DNA from: Selaginella moellendorffii
Taxonomy: Eukaryota; Plantae; Lycopodiophyta
DNA length: 42,259 nucleotides
Direction of reading: 5' to 3'
Assembly (NCBI RefSeq): GCF_000143415.4
Contig: NW_003314371.1
Span: 1-42,259, forward strand
Both the position numbers and the translations under genes were made by a program. The notes beneath the pieces are model-generated. The model did not search any database. It saw nothing but the letters and a program-made list of their open reading frames with translations, and was not told the origin of the DNA. The stretch's first letter is position 1, and each line of letters begins with the position of its first letter. Below are positions 1 to 12,328 of the stretch, piece by piece.

Positions 1-479
1 TAGCCCAAGCATGTATTAATCATTGATTTCTCTATCTTTTTATTAGTAATTTAACTTCCTCAAAGCCGATTGCTAGCTTTCTTCTTTTTCCAGAGAGTTA
101 GCTTTTGGTGCATTAACTAGTCTCTTTGACTCTTTTTACTTGTTGTTAGTTTATCTTTCTTCCTAATAAATCAAAAGTGTAAACTTGAGCGTAACTAATA
201 AAATGTGACACAATTAGAACAATAGGATTAATTGTAGTGTTTCATCTACAATTGAGTTGATGACAGTTGTAGCATTATTGTTATTTTACTTGTATATGGC
301 CCAAGTATTCATAGACTTCATTTGAAATAATGGAAGAATGCTCATCAAATATTAATCCTAAAACCTAGTATCAACAACTCATGGCAATTATAAAAGTCAA
401 CTCAAGTTTGTTAGTAATATTAGATCATCAGATGCTATAAAAGTCATTTAAAGTTGCATGACATTTTTATTTGAACAAA

Positions 480-900
480 ATGGTAAAACACTTTGTGCCC
501 CTTTGACATATGCATACTAAAGAGATGGTATATAACCATTTCAATTTGAATGTAGCAAATTCACATACTTTATGATCATTTGTTTGAAGGTTTGAACGAG
601 CCATTCCACCAAACCATGTGAATGATAAATATTATAAAAGTGTGGTATATCTCTAGCTAATGTGAAATGCCTCTGCCATAAATATAAGACCATTATAATC
701 CATTCTGAATAAAAATGCTAAAACACCACTTGATTGAGGAAAAGTATCCAACAATACTCACAAATGCACTAAGAAAAGTATTAACTTTCACCCAATAAAT
801 CAAGTAGTTGAAAACAATAATGATATACTTATTGCTAACAATTGACCATAGAAAAGACCTATCAATCAAACATTGCAACCTTAAATGAATAGAAAAATTA
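480..900 (-). mobile_element. Decayed Ty3/Gypsy-type retrotransposon integrase core fragment
   Basis: Minus-strand frames read SNKYIIIVFNYLIYWVKV (cf. integrase NKYI.VAVDYFTKWVEA), DYNGLIF (cf. SDNG..F) and YHSHGLVEWLVQTFKQMIIKYV..N*NGYIPSL*YAY (cf. YHPQ.NGLVER..QTLKQML.KYV..W..YLP...AY). Stops and frameshifts are present; boundaries approximate. Confidence 0.6.
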
Positions 901-1491
901 TAGTTATGTCGCAAATGTGACTTCAAGTATTGAAAGTTACCTGTCGGCTAATCCTTACAGACACTTTTTTCTTACTGCCATGATGGCATGAGGTCAATAT
1001 TGCTAAACCTTTTATCAGTCCCTTTTGTACTAGTGAAGTTAATTGGGCATTTCGAGTGTACTTAAATCAGACGAGCATAAAGATGGAATTCCTACATGTT
1101 ATTAGCTAAGCATACTTAGCTAGGTAAGGAGTTCCTGTCTTGTTATATCTTGCATTAGCTAGTGACAAGAACCCTTGCATATTGAGACTAGTCCCTCAAT
1201 AACACTGGATGATAGTTTACTGTGTTTGCTAAATACCTTCGCTATCATGCCCTTTGTGTTAGTTTCATTTCGGTCTCAAATGCTATTTATGGAAAGTGTC
1301 TAAATTCGCTTATTTGGCATATTTACGAAATGTAGAGATTGTCCTTAACACAATGGTGTTCGCCCTGTGTCTAAATTCACAATCTAACACCATTCCATAT
1401 TTAATAAGTTTTGAGCTTGTCTCAAAGTCTAACTCTTGGTACTAAAGAAGGCTCAAGGTGAAATCCCAAAATCCCAAAGCATGTGTTTCTC

Positions 1492-2017
1492 AAGGGAGGG
1501 GGGGGGATATGAGGGGTTCTAAATGTATAGTAGGGATAGTGGGTAAGTCGAGCATGACTAACCAACATGAGGCATAGTTTAGCTTTTGCTTGCGTGTTTG
1601 TTTTTGTTCTGCATCTGGCTTGGGTCTATGCCCAAGTTCCATTCCATGCTAGCTAGTGAAGTACCCCCATATCCTTGCGTTAAGCCACTGGTATGCTGAA
1701 ATAACGCCAGACTCCATTTGCCTCTGTTTTGCGTGCTAATCCTAGCGTTGGGATGTTGGATGCTCTAGGACTATTTTAAGTCACTCCGTGCCCATATCCC
1801 TTCACTCCTTGGGTTGTACACTCAAGAGTTGCTCTATGGTCTGGTTCCTTTGCTCCTCGGCTCCATGCTTAGGAGTTTGGTTCTGTTCCTTCATTCAATA
1901 GCCCAAGGCCCTGAAACTCAGGTTCTGCACCATTGTCCTTTGGACACGTGGCATGTGACACATGGCACATGGAGGGTTGCAGTTCCGCTTCATGGTCATC
2001 CTTGGCAAATCACCACA
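1492..2017 (+). mobile_element. Polypurine tract followed by a probable 3' LTR relic of a different LTR retrotransposon
   Basis: The purine run at 1492-1507 (aagggaggg+gggggga) is followed directly by tatgagggg (possible decayed TG start). A GC-balanced ~510 nt segment ends in ...caccaca before the sequence returns to AT-rich. No partner LTR or TSD found. Confidence 0.35.
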
Positions 2018-3530
2018 GGATAAAAGGTGAAAACCACGTATGCTACAAGTTGACTCTAACTATCCTTTTATAACATGAAAGGGAGTATGATGAGCTTGGC
2101 ACTAAATGCAGCTATACACATACTAAATAACATTATGTCAGATCTCCCACCTAAAGAAATATATATACGACTTTTTAATCATATGACGATGTCCTATATG
2201 TCCATCTAGAATAGAAGAGTTATAGTAAACATGGAGAAAGCATGAAATAAAGATCAAAAGCACCATCAACCATAAATGGTTATTAAGATCAGTCCCCATA
2301 AAATAAAGAAGGTTGTTCTTAAGGCAATATTGAAAATGTAAATATCAAAATGGCAAATCATTAGCAAATGATTCAGGATTCTTAAACCTATCATGAAGCC
2401 TTTAAATATACAATTAAACCTTTTGAGCCTCATGAATATTGTTAAGATAAGGTAAATTTAGTTTTGCATCTTATGGATACTAGATATTAAGGACAACATC
2501 TGCTAATTGCATGAAATCCTTATCCAAAAATCCACTAATGTTGGAATAATAGGCTTATCAGAAATACAATAAGAGAGTGAAAAAGGGACAGAAGCTCAAA
2601 AAAAGGCATCAACATTAGTTATAAAACTCTTTGGGTAATATATAACTTTGAAGTCATATATTTGAAACTTTAAAGTATAACTAACAAAAAATTTCTTTTT
2701 CAATATTAAAGTGACCTCAACAAAGCTAAACCTCTGATTTTTAGGGTTTGTGGCAGAAGAACCCTAAGAACCATACAAAACTTCTCAAAACCCCCAAATT
2801 GTTACTAAAGACTCCTTTATCATATAATAAATCACCTTTGTTAATTGCAATATATGGTTGATGTATACAACTAGATGATGTTGACTAGGCACACTTGTGT
2901 TCTTTTGTATTAACACAACTCCAAAATCAATATCAAAAGTATCCATACCATAAAATGAAGATCAAATGTAAATAGGATATACAAAAACTAAAGGAATCAT
3001 CAACACCTTTTTAAGATCTATAAATCCCACTTAACTAGATGAAAAATTCTGTGCAAACTCAAGATGACACACATGCACTACAAGCTCTACCTCATCTAAT
3101 GCATTTACATATGTATGGTCGTGCCATAGAGAATGAAGATTGCCTCTACTATATAATCCAAATATAAACAATAATATGGCTGAGCAATAAAAGGCGAACT
3201 TAAATTAGTATTAACCAATAAAAATAAAATAACAAGGGATCTCTTGTTATAAAGTCAAGCTTGAAAAGTAAACGCTTAAAGAACTAGTGCTAAGTGAACC
3301 TCTTGATGGTATAAAAATGGAGGCATCACTAACTTATTTCACATAAATCCCTCCACTACTTGTATAATTCCTCATTTCCTAAAAGAATCTCAGTGTCAAG
3401 ACTTTCTACCACAACAATATCAATAAGACATTATTGATACTTAAACCTTCACCCATGTTAATTCGGGAAATGCTAACCCTAAACCATAAAAGCTTAAGAA
3501 AACTTTAAACCCTAAAATTGGCTGATAATG

Positions 3531-5088
3531 TGTAAGCGACTAATTTTTCTATTTTACTTTAGTCACTTAACCACACCTTTGACCATTTGGAGGAGTCTTA
3601 CTCACAACCTCCATAAGTCTTATTTAGGACTTAGGGACGTGCTAGCCCCGTGAATGGCATCTATGCCATTTATCCTTTACATTTGGTCCAAGTGCTCCAC
3701 GTGTTTGATCCCATGACTAACACTTAAAGGTACCACTGATATATCAGTCTATTATGCTAATGCCATGCTCATTTGCCCTTGTCACATTAGTAATGTAAGA
3801 CCACTTGCATCATAGTCTCGTTTCTTAAAGACTGGGCCATCTACCCATGAATGGTCATCCCTTGACCACACCTTAGCACAACTAAAATGCTAGGAGACAT
3901 AAGGAACACCCTTCCCTAATGTCCTTTCTTCTGTCCCCAAGTCCCTCTTCATCCACAGCCATGTTGGCTGACACTATCATCTGGTTAATGTCCAAAGGCT
4001 TGACCACTAAGTTTCACTATCCTTTAGGACTTCCTCACCATATGACTATATCATTGGTCACTACACTAAAGTACTACTCCTCTTCCTTTTCAAAATCTAA
4101 GACTTTGGGACGATATTTCAAAACACCGTTGCCTTATGTGAGCTTCATGGGTACTCTCCCCACCTTCTGCCTTTAGGTGCCCTAGCCATGTGGCTAGAGC
4201 AAAGTTCTAATGAGCCATGCCAAGTATCCAAGTAGGTAGTGCCACCCATATTTAGATTGGGAGCATCGACCATTCAATCTCCTAGAGGAGCTAAAGTCGG
4301 CTCTTGAACACTTCACTAAGCTACCCCGCTTGTTTATTTGTATTCACTCTAGCCTTGGACTACTCAATGGTTTTATTATCACCCAACACGTAGGCATAGC
4401 CTTCTTTAGTCACATTGGCCTTTCCTAGCCAAATTAGCTTCACTAGAGTCCTCCCCCTACTATACTTTTGGAGCTCATTAAACCCCCTAGGGTTTGGGAG
4501 ACAAATGCTTTGGGTTTTCATCCTTGGACTCGAAATCGAACTTGAACTCAGATTTGGACTTGAACTCGGACTCAGTCTCGGACTCAGTCTCGGTCTCAGT
4601 CTTGGTCTCGGTCTTAGTCTCAGTCCTGGCCTTAGTCTCTTTCTTAAACTCAACCTTGAACTCCATCTCGGGTCCATCTTGGACTCCAACTCAGGTCCAT
4701 CTCAGACTTCATCTCAGACTCTAACTCGGGTCCATCTCAGACTTCAACTCAGGTCCATCTGAGGTCTATCTTGGACTCCATGTTAGACTCCATTTTGGAC
4801 TCCATCTCGAACTCCATCTTAAGTCCATCTTAGACTCCATCTTGGGTCCATCCCAGACTCTATCTCGGACTCTTTCTCAGACTCTTTTTTGGACTCCATC
4901 TTTGACTCCTTCTTAGACTCTTTTTTGGACTCTATCTCAGACTCCATCTTTACACTTCCATGTGTCATGTGTTAGTCCTCTTGTGTCCCTTTTCTAGGAA
5001 CTCATTTATTGTTCATTTCATGCTCATTCCTCAAGTACTTCGTTGGGAGTTCCACTCCCACTCTTGACTTTTTGAGTCAGAGCTTTTA
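3531..5088 (+). mobile_element. LTR-like element copy A (host copy, interrupted near its 3' end; short remnant continues at 6771-6784)
   Basis: Begins TGTAAGCGACTAATTTTT and aligns by eye along its length with the reverse complement of 5185-6765 and with 40431-41951. Confidence 0.75.
4526..4950 (+). repeat. Degenerate 6-bp/12-bp tandem repeat array inside LTR copy A
   Basis: Repeated ctcggt/ctcagt hexamers are followed by gactccatctc(a/g)-type 12-mers. Confidence 0.85.
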
Positions 5089-6765
5089 TATGAGACACAA
5101 ATCCTTAAGCCCCAAAGTGGAGCCGAAAGGGTGCCATGTGGTAGTGGCCGAAGCGGAAGCCAAACAAGCATAACACATTTGGATTAAAAGCTTCGACTTG
5201 AAAAGTCGAAAGCAGGAGTGAAACTCCCAACGGAGTGCTCAAAGAACAAGCACGAGGCAAGCAATAAGAGAGTCTCTAGAAAAGGGACACAAGAAGACCA
5301 ACATATGACATATGAAGGAGTCTGAGATGGAGTCTAAGATGGACCCGAGGTGGACCTGGGATAGAGTTTGAGATAGACCCGAGATGAAGTCCAAGATGGA
5401 CCTGAGGTGGACCCAAGATGAAGTCTGAGATGAACCCAAGATGGAGTCCGAGATGGACCCAAGGTGGACCCGAGATGGAGTCCGAGATGAACCCGAGATG
5501 GAGTTCAAGATGGACTGAGATGAAGTCTGAGATAGACCTGAGATGAAGTCCAAGATGGACCGAGATGAAGTCTGAGATGGAGTCCAAAATGGACCGAGAT
5601 GGAGTCCGAGATGGACCCGAGATGGAGTCTGAGATGGAGTCCAAGATGGATCCGAGATGGAATTTGAGACAAGACCGAGATTGAGATCGAGACCGAGACC
5701 GAGACCGAGTATGAGTTCGAGATTAAGTCGGAGTTGGAGCCAGAGTCGGAAATACTAATATAGGTTGGGTGAAAGCCCAAAGCGATCGTCCCCCAGGAGG
5801 GTGCTACAGGGGGTCCCAAAAGTATAGTAGGGAGAGTGTGGGGGTTGGACTCCAGTGGAATTAATTTGGCTAGAAAAGGCCAATGTGGCCTAGAAAGGCT
5901 ATATTCGCATGTTATATGATGATATAACCACTGAGAAGTCTAAGGCTAGAGTGAATACAGACAGAGAAACAGGGTAGCTTGGTGAAGTATTCAAGAGCCA
6001 GCTTTAGCTCCCTTGGGAGATCCAATGGTCAATGCTCCCAGTCCAAGTGTGGGTGGCACTACCTACTTGGATACCTAGTGTGGCTCATCGGAACCTCGCT
6101 CTAGCCACCTAGCTAAGGCACCCAAAGGTGGATGGTAGGGAGAGTACCCACAAGGCTCGTGTAAGGCTGCGGTGTTTCGAAATATTGTCCCAGAGTTCCA
6201 GACTAAAGAAAGGAAGAAGAGTAATCCTTTTGTGTGGTGACCAAAAATGCGGTCATGTGGCAAGGAAGTCCCAGAGGCCAGTGGGGCATAGTGGTTAGGC
6301 CTATGGGCCTTGACCCAGTAGCAGTGTTAGCAAACACGGCTGTGGACAAAAAGGGATTTGGTGAGGACCAATAAAAAGATATTGGGGAAGGTTGTTTTCC
6401 ATGTTTGTGGGCATCCTAAGGATGCTAATGAGTGGATCTAGGATGATCACTCATGGATGATTTAGTCTTTGACAAACAAGACTGTGATATAGGTGGTGTT
6501 GGATCACTAATGTGATAAAGGTGAATGGGCATAGCTTTAGCATAACGAATTGATATATTAGTGGTACTTTTGAGTGTTAATCATGGGATCAGACATGTGG
6601 AGCACTTAGACCAAATGCAATGGTTGAGTGACATGGATGCCATCCCGAGGCCAGCAAGTCTCCAAGTTTGAAATAGGACTTTTGGAGGTTGTGAGTAAAA
6701 CTCCTCCAAGTGATTAAAGGTGTGGTTAAGTGACTAAAGTAGAATGAAAAATTTAATCACTTACA
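5089..6765 (-). mobile_element. Solo LTR copy B (~1.68 kb) inserted antisense into copy A with a 5-bp TSD TTTTA
   Basis: On the minus strand it begins TGTAAGTGATTAAATTTTTC and ends GTGTCTCATA (CA end with probable C>T). It is flanked by TTTTA at 5084-5088 and 6766-6770. The host sequence resumes after it (gtccaaatgtgtta). Confidence 0.75.
5318..5750 (-). repeat. Same 12-bp/6-bp tandem array inside LTR copy B
   Basis: Repeated gagatggagtcc / gagatggaccc units, then gagacc hexamers. Confidence 0.85.
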
Positions 6766-6904
6766 TTTTAGTCCAAATGTGTTAGATAAATTATTTGCAT
6801 TTTAGGTCTCTAGTACAATCCATGATTACGACCTACTTGTAACATCATTAGAGCATTAAAAATAGCTAATGTTCATTTTCTTCTGCTGGCAAGCTTTGAG
6901 GATC

Positions 6905-7680
6905 CACCACTCCCTTGCAAATTCTCCAGAAACCTTCTCCTCCCTACTGGCTTTGTCCATGTCCCGTATGCTGCATTCCCGTGGATCGTGCCTTAAACGC
7001 GTACTCTCCTCAAGGGAGGTTCCCACAGCTTGTACTCTCAACCCTTAACTATCTCCACAGTAACTCAACACACGCAAGCTTTGGTGGGAGTTTTACCATT
7101 GAAGAAAGGATTCGAGATTGAAGTGCACAACATGGATTATCTCCACGAGTGCCAGATGGTGGTGACATCTGCAATATTTGGGAACTACGATCATCTGAAG
7201 CATCCTGCAAGCTTGAGTAGCACAAGCGTCAGAATGGTCTGCTTCGTAATGTTTGTGCCACTTTGGAATTAATCCGGCACAAAGATCCTGGTGTTCAGAG
7301 AATAATCCACGTCCAGAGCAATGCATACGCCAAGCCAAAATTCCAAAGATGCTACTCCACAGGCTCGGGTCACTTCTCTGGATCGACGGCAAGCTGTGCT
7401 TGGCGGTGGATCCTATCCAGATACTAGAGATATTCCTCTGGAGGAGCAACGACACCATGACCATCCCCAACCATTTCCAACGCTGGGATGCTTTTGAGGA
7501 GGCCAAGGCTGGCAAGATGGAGTTCATGGTCTAGTGCCGTACAACAGCAGTGCCAGGATGTTCTCGTGCCTGTGGTTCAACTCACCCCGACATATATGCG
7601 GTTGTGCGGGACAGGGTCATCACCGGATCAGTATGTTCCAAGATTGCGAGAGGCAGAACATAACCAGGTCCACTTCAGTC
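6905..7680 (+). pseudogene. DUF616 / MUCI70-like glycosyltransferase pseudogene fragment
   Basis: Successive frames give PCPVCCIPVDRA..L.YL..FGG, then VVTSAIFGNYDHLKHP..VCFVMFV, then RQAKIPKMLLHRL..LWIDGKL.L.VDP.QILE.FLWR..NH..R.DAFEEA. These are characteristic DUF616 blocks, split across frames with deletions. Confidence 0.75.
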
Positions 7681-8824
7681 TAAGACTAGATTGTTTTAGA
7701 ATAAACATGTTTATATGCCACTGTGGAACATATGTATAATCAAGTGCATGCAATGCATGAAAGAAAAAGGACATCTTAAAGCCGAAGCTGTCCACGCATT
7801 TTAGCTTTCAAATCTCTCCATCTTGTGTCTCATCTTTCTTGTTTCTTGCCCTCATAACTGACAATGCACTCGGGAGGCCATATAGCGGTATGATCCCCAT
7901 CTCCGGCTAGCACAACACAGACAAGTTCGAGATGCTTCTGAAAGCCTGGGGCTCATCACCACACCTCAAGGAGACGCCCAAAAGTTGATGATCAGGGTGG
8001 TGAAGCATCTAGTATCACCACCGCAAAGCTTGCTTCTTGGAGCATAGCAACGGGGAGCGACCAAACTGGACTCTTTCAGGGCCCATTTCCACCTTGGTGA
8101 CTAGCAGCATCAACGCTGTAGTGAACTTGATGATGCGGCGTGCTTGGATCCACTTGGAGTTATGTTGTAGATGGATTGCGATTGAATCCAGCCATGTTTT
8201 GGTAGTTGAAGGTGTGGAAACAATTTGAGAATGTGTATATTTCTTGGTTTATAATTTATATTTATAGCATGTAATTTGTAAAGCAAATTATAACCTAAGA
8301 CAATCCGGTGACAACCGAATACAACTTGATGAGAGAGGCGGCGGCGGCCGGTGGGACCGGTGATGCGCTAATAATCCTCCCTTGGGCGTATGCCCGGGTC
8401 GCGGGAGGCCAGCCGCCACTCGGGGTTGGGGTAAAACGCGCTGGGTGGGGACAACTGAGGACAATCAAAATCAACCAAGGACAACCAAAGAAAAGAAATT
8501 TAATCCAGGTTATAGAATATTCATTAGAATCTATAGAACCTCTGGATCTCAAACCAGTTTTTAAATTGATGATCGGCTAGAGAAGAGAGAAAACCTCCCT
8601 GCTTTACTCGGACAAACTCGAGCAAAGTGTTTTCGACTGCGTCAAGCTTATCCAGCTGCTAAATCACCGAGGCTTGCGCCAGGGACCTGGAAATACTTTG
8701 CGCCACGCATGCCAGTTGCTGCGTTGGACCGGTAAAATGAAAATCAAAGACCTGATGCTGCTTGCCAAAGATCGGAAGGGCCGGGGAGAGCTCTCTGCTG
8801 ATGAGTTGCAAGACGTGGGCTCTA

Positions 8825-10567
8825 CTACTTGGTGGTCAGCTTTTTGCGAACTGCTTGAGTGACGTAGTCGATGTAAACCTGAGTGACAAAAGGATGTTAC
8901 GAAGGAAGCTCTGTACAAATGAAAGACTTACATTGCCGTCGTATGATAAAGATGCAAACACCCAGGGGTCTCTAGCACTCCACGCGATGCCTGATTGACA
9001 AGCGGTTTCACAAAAGGAAGTACAAAGTGCGCGAAACAAACCGTAAATGCTGTCTTCGTGCTCGTGATGAGAGCGAACAAGGGGATCCGAAATCTTTGGA
9101 GAACTCAGAGAACTGAAAAAGAGATGTAAACAACGAGCTAGCGTTTCAATCGAGAGGTTCACAAACCTTTTAGATTTGCCTTCGGCAGGAGGAGGTACGT
9201 ACCAAAGGTTCACCATTGCATCGGTGCCTGCGCTCTTCAGCTCAACCAGTATAGGTTGCACATTCAAGAGTGACAACAAAAGCTTACGAGAATCAGTTCT
9301 TCGTACCGACGGTTGTATTGTACTCGCAATGTCCTACAACTGAGAAGTTAGCACAACCCGAAGACTTATCGAGGAGAAAATAGTCACCAGTGTGCATGCC
9401 CAGGCAGTTCCGATAGTGGCATACCCGACATCCTCAAATCCCATACTCGAACTTTTGAGTCGTCTCCAGAAGTAACCTGAGAAACCGACAGGCACTCGAA
9501 TCCAGAGGACAAGTTTGATGATCATACTATTGTGTGCTGCCGTTTTGGATTGTAATCCAAGTCACGAACTTGTCCTGCATGAGCTTGATCCACAGTGCTC
9601 GCTTCTCTGGAACAAGAGACACATCAAGTTTCAAAAAGAAAAGAACTTGCAGTAGGATCTTACTTCATAGTTCGCAGATCCCAGCACTTCAAGGAAGTTC
9701 CACACGCAGTGGCGACGATGTATACGTCGTGAGGACTCCAACAGCCTCCGGCCATCTGCTGCAAGCCAGAAGAGACACGCCCCAGCTCCTGGTACACAAA
9801 CGCAACACGAGTATCTCAGAAAATCTCCGGTTTGCAGACTCTTTACCTTGGCAGGCTTTCCAGACGGATCCAAATCCCAGACATATAAATTCTCAGCGTC
9901 GATGCTAACTATCTGGTGATGTTTCCCTTTCGGGAACCAAAGAGTGCTGCAAGGAAGCGAAACACAATCGGTGTAGAAGAGAGAATACACTCTACGTACC
10001 ATTTGATGCGCTGTGTATGTCCGTCTAGAGAGGCTAGTTTTTGCAAAGGCGTGTTTGCAGCACCCCTTGCTCGCTCCGGTAACTTCCAGATTGCAGCACC
10101 GAATTCACCAGCTGCACAACGAAGAATCAATAAGAAACAGGGAGAAAACTAGTAGAAGTTGCTACATCTTACCGGATGCATACACAGTGGACAAGATGCT
10201 CACATCAAATGGACAAGCCGAGAGTCCCCAGATCTCGGAAGGATGCGTGTATAGTCCATCGAAAGCTAGAGCTCCGGTCTTGTCTCCAATTTGCAAGAGG
10301 TGTATCTACATTCCAACCAAAAGGAAAACAAAACGAAGATAGCGGGCGAAAAAATCTCCACTCCACACCTCATTCTCCTCCCGCAGGCTCAGCGTACCAA
10401 CAAGAAATCGCGTCCGCTGCGTGTCAGCTACAACAGCCGCGATGCATCTAGCCTGAAGAACAAAAATGATCATCCGCATTGTCAAGAGTCAGATCTGCGA
10501 TCGATCCAGCGGAAGAAACAAATGGCACCTGGTACTTGACGCCATAGGTGTTCTGCGAGCCTTGCAT
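8825..10567 (-). CDS. DWA2: WD40 protein, DWA2 / EIPR1(TSSC1)-like; multi-exon
   Basis: ATG at 10567. GT-AG spliced exons read MQGSQNTYGVKYQ|ARCIAAVVADTQRTRFLVGTLSLREENE|IHLL..HPSEIWGLSACPFD..|GAAIWKLPE..|GGCWSPHD..WDLRTMK..ELPGHAH..SAGTDAMVNLW..HEDSIY|GIAWSARDPWVFASLSYDGN|VYIDYVTQAVRKKLTTK*. TAG at 8825-8827. Confidence 0.85.
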
Positions 10568-11512
10568 CGCATCCTCCTCTCCTCCTGCCCTAAAATGATC
10601 GTAGAATATTCGAAGATTCCGGCTCTACATTTTAGGGTGCCACACACCTTCTCGTCGTGCTCGGGTACAAACGAGAAAATTGTTTCGAAGTTTGCAATGG
10701 AAGGATTCTTCCTGGAATACCATGGAGGGTTTCTTCTTGGTTTTCAAGAACAAAATTACAAGTCTTAGAAGGTGCTCTTTCGCGCTTTGAGCTAGAGACC
10801 AAGTGAGCACTGTGTTGGATTGTTACATGCTTGACACGGGAGAAGGATTCAGTTGCTCACTGTCGTCCTCGTAAGATCGAGAAGTTTGCCACTTTCATGC
10901 CTGGTTTTACTTTCTTCCAGGACACTGACTTTGAAATCGCATTCAATGGCGGTTCCGTTTTGAGGCGGTCAACGAGGTCAACGCGGTCAAGGGCTGGTAG
11001 ACGCCTCATGACAGATTTTTGATCAGCTCGAGGCCACATGCAGATGCCGAATTAACGCTGCTTCGACTGAGGATCTAAAATACGTGGACGAGGTACTATA
11101 GCATTAGGAAAATCGTCTTAAATTTCTTTGAATCTCAGGTGCCTTTACCTGATCATCTCGACAACTGGGCGCGTACGATCATGGTCTGGTCCAAGCCATT
11201 GATGCCATGGGTAATAGCTTTAAGTTGCTTCTTCTGGTTTTTGTCGAAATAATGCTTCTCATCCTCTGCTGCGAGTACGTGCTTCCGAGGGACAGGCCTT
11301 CTACGATCCGGACTTGATGAGATAGATAGAGAAAACCAAATACACGTTGCGAGTTGAGTCGATTCTCATGATGGAATTCGCGACTTGATCCACAAGTGCC
11401 ACGATCTGGCCAAAAGCTTACACCACCCAGAACGCATGCAATGGAAAGTAAAATAGAAGAGCTTGTTGCTTGTTTGGTTTGAACATGTTGATGGTACCAT
11501 ACTGACGCGAGG

Positions 11513-12328
11513 CTATTTTCTGGTCAGCTTCTTGCGAACTGCTTGAGTCACGTAATCGATGTATACCTGAAGGAGACAAAGAAGGGTTTTCTACCAGTAA
11601 AAGACATACATTCCCATCGTATGATAGAGATCTCTTGCACTCCAAGCGATGCCTGTTTGACAGATTAAAAGACTGTAAAAGGATGGGACACAAACCAAAA
11701 ATGCTGTCTTCATGCTCGTGGTGGGATCGGACGAGATTTGGAAAGCTCACAGCTGAAAGAGATGTAAGTCGCACACAAGTGTTTCAATCGACAGGGTTAC
11801 GAACCTGTTAGTTTTGCCTTCAGCCGGAGGAGGTACGCACCAGAAATTCACCATTGCATCGGTACCTGCGCTCTTCAATAAGTTGCACATCCAGGAGTGA
11901 CAACAAAAGCTTGCGAGAATCAGTCCTTCGTATAGATGGTTGTATTGCACTCGTAATGTCCTGTGATCCACAACCAGAAGATACAGAAGTGTGCGTGTCC
12001 AGGCAGTTCAGAAAGTGACATACCTGACATCCTCAAATCCCACATCGAACTTTTGAGTTGTCGCCAGAAGTTACCTGAAAATTCCAACAGGCATTGAAAC
12101 CGAGACGAGAGATGAACAAGCATACTATTGTGTGCTGCCATTTTGGATTGTAATCCAAGTCACGAACTTGTCCTGCATGAGCTTGGTCCAAAATGCTTGC
12201 TTCTCTGAAACATGAGACATATCAGGAAGAAAAATGCAGTACTTGAGGATCTTACTTCATAGTTTACAGATCCCAGCACTTTAAAGATGCAGTGGTGACG
12301 ATTTCTATGTCATGTGGACTCTAACAAC
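11513..12328 (-). pseudogene. 5'-truncated duplicate of the DWA2-like gene
   Basis: Colinear, including introns, with ~8825-9750. It begins within the CWSPHD exon and has a 16-nt frameshifting deletion that removes PWVFA before SLSYDG. Confidence 0.8.

Noticed and set aside
4526-5750. CRISPR-like appearance of the short repeats
   Set aside because: The units are contiguous and degenerate with no unique spacers, and the context is eukaryotic.
4360-5819. Several 76-122 aa low-complexity ORFs (RLRPRL, LGLSLG, DSISG)
   Set aside because: Frame-preserving translations of the 6/12-bp tandem arrays inside the LTRs.
8581-8862. 93-codon open plus-strand frame converging on the DWA2 stop
   Set aside because: No ATG until late and no recognisable motif, so it cannot be supported as a gene.
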